This document shows, piece by piece, positions 60,345 through 64,000 of a stretch of 64,000 nucleotides of DNA. Source of the DNA: the human T2T-CHM13v2.0 reference genome, Homo sapiens; the NCBI RefSeq assembly GCF_009914755.1, contig NC_060936.1. One strand, given 5' to 3'. Position 1 is the first letter of the stretch. Every line of letters begins with the position of its first letter. The notes under the pieces were generated by a model, which did not search any database, had not been told where the DNA came from, and saw only the letters and a program-made list of their open reading frames with translations. The position numbers and the translations under genes are program-made.

Positions 60345-60475
60345 CCCCTAGTTCACACACTGCCTGAACATTATAATCGCCTAGGGAACAACACACACAC
60401 ACACACACACACACACACATTTTTTAAAGCTTTGTAAGTGATTCTAATGCATAGCCAAAGTCAAGAATCACTAGA
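60345..60475. mobile_element. MER5-like MITE fragment containing (CA)15 at 60390-60419
   Basis: End gtgattctaatgcatagccaaagtcaagaatcact. CA run seen directly. Confidence 0.6.
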
Positions 60476-61450
60476 GCTCTCTTTAAAATTCATATGTGAC
60501 ATATCCTTTTAACCCCAAAACAACCACACTAAAATGGCATGTCCACCTCAAGATGGGCAAACCATGGCTCAATGAGGCATAGTAATTTGCCCAAATATCA
60601 TGCATCAAATTAGTGGAAAAGGGAGGGCTAGCACTAGCTTGTTCCACTCAATCACATGTTTGTTCTGATTATGAAGTGGCTATTGTGGGAAGGTATTGTG
60701 TCAGGTGTCAAGGAGAGAGAGACCTAAACATAGCTCTTGGCTCTACTATAAACCCCATACTGAGCCTCCCCGTCTCTGTGACTGGCCTAGGCTGTGCAGG
60801 AGAATTGGATATCCTCCAGTAGCCAATGCAGCCAGTTTGCTAAGTTTCCAGGACTCTGGCAGCTCCCATGGATGGAGGCCTTTGACTGCTGCCGGCAGCT
60901 CTTCCAATTCCTGCACAACACTGATTACTCCCTTTTATCCCCAACTCTCGGTTGCCTGTTCTGCCTTAACTTAAGCACAATGCCTGGGGAGAGTCCAAAT
61001 AGCCAAGTTTGAAATGAGATCAAGGGCAGTACCGGGAAACTGGTGAATGCATACACTAGTCTGAGTCTCCCCTGATTGAAAACAATGACTATTTAATTTA
61101 TATTCCTGAAATTTGAACTTATAATATTGGTATTCTCATTAATCAATTTATTTGGTTGATAAACATAGGAATACCAGAAAAAATACATGTGACACTAGCT
61201 TCTAAAGCAGATTCAGAAGAAAGTCACATTCTCTGGTTATTGAAATGTGCTGCTGGAGCAAAAATTGTGGTTGGGAGATGAGGAAGAACTGACAATTAAA
61301 ACTCAGAATTTTTTTTTAAATGTTATTAGGGTTAATGACAACTGTAAAAACAATTTAAAGGCACAATTTGGGACACTTTCACAGAACTTCACCATAAAAT
61401 AGTAACATAAATGTTTCTATTCATGTAAGAATCCAGGAAATAAAAATAAC

Positions 61451-61558
61451 CTTTATTGCAATGTCCTCTGTTTCTGCGGGACGTAGACGCCGTGTTGATT
61501 GCTCATAGCTGTCCAGGTGATATCTTCCAGGCTGTTTCCTGTTTATAGTTTTTGGCTG
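61451..61558 (-). CDS. ABCC9: ABCC9 (SUR2) coding exon 14, 108 nt, [36 protein letters not shown] (TMD1-NBD1 linker; known cassette exon)
   Basis: Hand translation matches SUR2. Acceptor tgcag|CAG, donor AAG|gttatt, phase 0-0. Confidence 0.95.
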
Positions 61559-61946
61559 CTGCATTCCAAATGGAAAAGAACACAAGTTGAGGCTTTATTA
61601 AAAAAATGAAGTTTTACTGAACACTTACTCACAGTGCTACCTAAGTTCCAAGAAAAAGAAGTGGATGTTATATTTTAATTATTTCAGTGACTCCTTCATA
61701 AAAAAAAATGAAAAATTCTTAAGCTATAGTTAAACCTCATTCACATGCCTCTTGAGAAAAAATGAAAAATATGAAAATAGGATACTTGCAAATGATGGAA
61801 GTTAAAGTACAGAGTCCCAAACTAAGTTTTGGATAATCTTTCTCTGATGATATGGATGGATTATGCCCAGGCAATAAAAACAACTGCATGGTGTTAAAAG
61901 GTGATCAGATTAACTCAGGTCAAACTAGAATCCATCTGTTAGGCTA

Positions 61947-62262
61947 TGATATGGTTTGGCTGTTGCGGGAGGGACCTAGTGGGAGGTAATTGAATCATGG
62001 GTGTGGGGATCTTTTCCCGTGTTGTTCTCGTGATAGTGACTAAGTCTCAGGAGATCTGATGGTTTTACATAGGGGAGTTCCCCTGCACATGCTCTCATGC
62101 CTGCCACCATGTAAGATGTGCCTTTGCTTCTCCTTTGCCTTCCACCATGTTTGTGAGGCCTCCCCAGCCATGTGGAACTGTGAGTCCATTAAACCTCTTT
62201 CCTTTATAAATTACCCAGTCTCAGGTATGTCTTTATTAGCAGTGTGAGAATAGACTAATACA
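61947..62262 (+). mobile_element. THE1 (B/C-like) MaLR solo LTR with a 5' internal deletion
   Basis: TGATATGGTTTGGCTGT start and ...GACTAATACA end. Internal tgtggaactgtgagtccattaaacctct. Confidence 0.92.
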
Positions 62263-62762
62263 GTTATCAGGCTTGTAAACATTCCACCCGTACATTATTG
62301 ATAATTCTCTGAATCATGAGGATTTTTAATCTGATACACTCACATAAATCAGATTGAGCTACACGGCACCCAGCTTCTGCTATGGATTGACAAAAGCATA
62401 AAGATCTAGATTTTTTTTTTTGTCCAAAGATATTACAGTGTTTCATCAGGAGATCCATAAGTCTTATAGAATGATCTAGTCTATCTCAAATGTTATAGCC
62501 CTATTCCTAGTCAATGGACTAAAACATCCTTTATAAAGAGGATGCCAGCTGAGTTGTGACAGTCTTCACATATTTAAGGTGAATGTAAGTCATATCTAGA
62601 AATTTGTCATTCTCTAATTTTTTGGTTCAGTTTCACACAGAGATAAATGGCTAAAGAGAAAGTAGAATATTTAGCTCATAAACCTCTAATCTGGAAAAAT
62701 TTTAAAGCTCAAAATTTCTTCCAGAAACATATTGAGTCAGTATTTCAACATAAATAATTAAC

Positions 62763-63059
62763 TTTTTTTTTTTTTTGAAACAGAGTCTCACTCTGTCCCC
62801 CAGGCTGGAGTGCAGTGGCATGAACACAGCTCACTGCAGCCTTGACCACCGAGGCTCAAGTGATCCTCCCACCTCAGCCTCCTGAGAAGCTGAGACTACA
62901 GGTGCATTTGCCACCATGCCTGGCTAACTTATTTGCTATTTGTAGAGACAGGTTCTGCCTATGTTGCCCAGGTGGTCTCAAACACCTGGATACAAGCTAT
63001 CTGCCCATCTCAGCTTCCCGAAGTGCTGGGACTATAGGTATGAACCAATGCACTCAGCC
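62763..63059 (-). mobile_element. AluJ
   Basis: Diverged reverse Alu. TSD-like ataatta. Confidence 0.9.
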
Positions 63060-64000
63060 ATAATTATCTTCCTACTCAAATACCTTATAGAGACTATGAA
63101 GGCTAAGTAATAATACACTTTAAACTGTTAAGTTACCTAGAAAGGAAACGATTCTAGAATTGTGAAAGTTGTTGGTTTTGGGGGGTTATTTTTTGGCCTG
63201 GAACTGCAGGTTTAGCTTTTTGAAAAATCCATTGGGTTTTACTATGGGAATTAGGAATGTACTCAAATAATCAGTAATTTAATCCAAACAAGATATTGCT
63301 CTTCCAATTTCCATCAACTGGTGTATCAAGAGAACACCCAAACTATCAAATAGTACATTGCTAGGCTACATGCAAATAAATACACAAATTAAAAAGCCAC
63401 TGAAAAGATTAGAAAGTAAGACACTAGCAGTGGTTCTGTCACACAGAAAATACTAATATATTTTGACTTAAAGAGAGAGAGGAGGAGAGTATGTTCATGA
63501 ACTTTATTTTAGTTTTGTTTTTCCTTCCTACAGCCCTCACAAATACTCCTGGAAGTACACTGCATGAGAGGTTGTAGAAAGCCACTATCCTTTAGGCTAA
63601 GTATATTTTCCATACAAAACAGGTCTACACCTACATATAAAATGTACTGTCTTCTAGAGTCTTTAATTCTGTAACATTATTGCCCCCACAGGTCCAAAAG
63701 AAATGACTTCATGCCCTTCACAAAACTAAGAACAGGGTGGGAAGAGTAAATGTGTTGACAGAGATTTGAGTCGAAGTTCCACAGATGTAATATGAAGAGA
63801 CTTTGGCCCTAGACTGTCACTAATTCTCCATGGAGATTCTACAGCCAAAACCACTTAACTCTAAGCTTTTACAGAATACATAGTATCTTAAGCACTCTCA
63901 AGAAGGAGTTTCCATTAGTGTTATTTTCAAACACACAGCTTTTTTCACTCCATTTTAAAAAGTTTGTCATTTGTGGTTTGGCCCATCAGCAGTGATGAAT

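Overview
This window is an internal part of the primate (almost certainly human) ABCC9/SUR2 gene, the sulfonylurea-receptor subunit of K-ATP channels, on the minus strand. I traced 16 consecutive coding exons by hand (classical coding-exon numbers 14-29). All have GT-AG boundaries and consistent phases and give 1758 nt of open frame. They cover the TMD1-NBD1 linker, all of NBD1 (Walker [14 protein letters not shown] signature, degenerate Walker B IVFLDD), the acidic ED domain and part of TMD2. The gene's start and end lie outside the window. The rest is AT-rich intron with 13 Alus, several L1 fragments (two with 5' inversions), MaLR solo LTRs, MER2/MER20/MER5 DNA-transposon relics, MIR/L2 relics and microsatellites. 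Nearly all ORFs in the supplied track are repeat-derived or spurious. I found no evidence for a new gene or multi-component system. The best second-look items are: a ~210-bp local duplication that preserves the empty site of an AluY next to exon 15; three chained hairpins sharing one core; three candidate unannotated micro-exons; NAGNAG acceptors; near-perfect alternation of Alu orientation around the exons; and a small CpG-rich patch. Repeat subfamily calls and residue numbers come from memory, not from a search.
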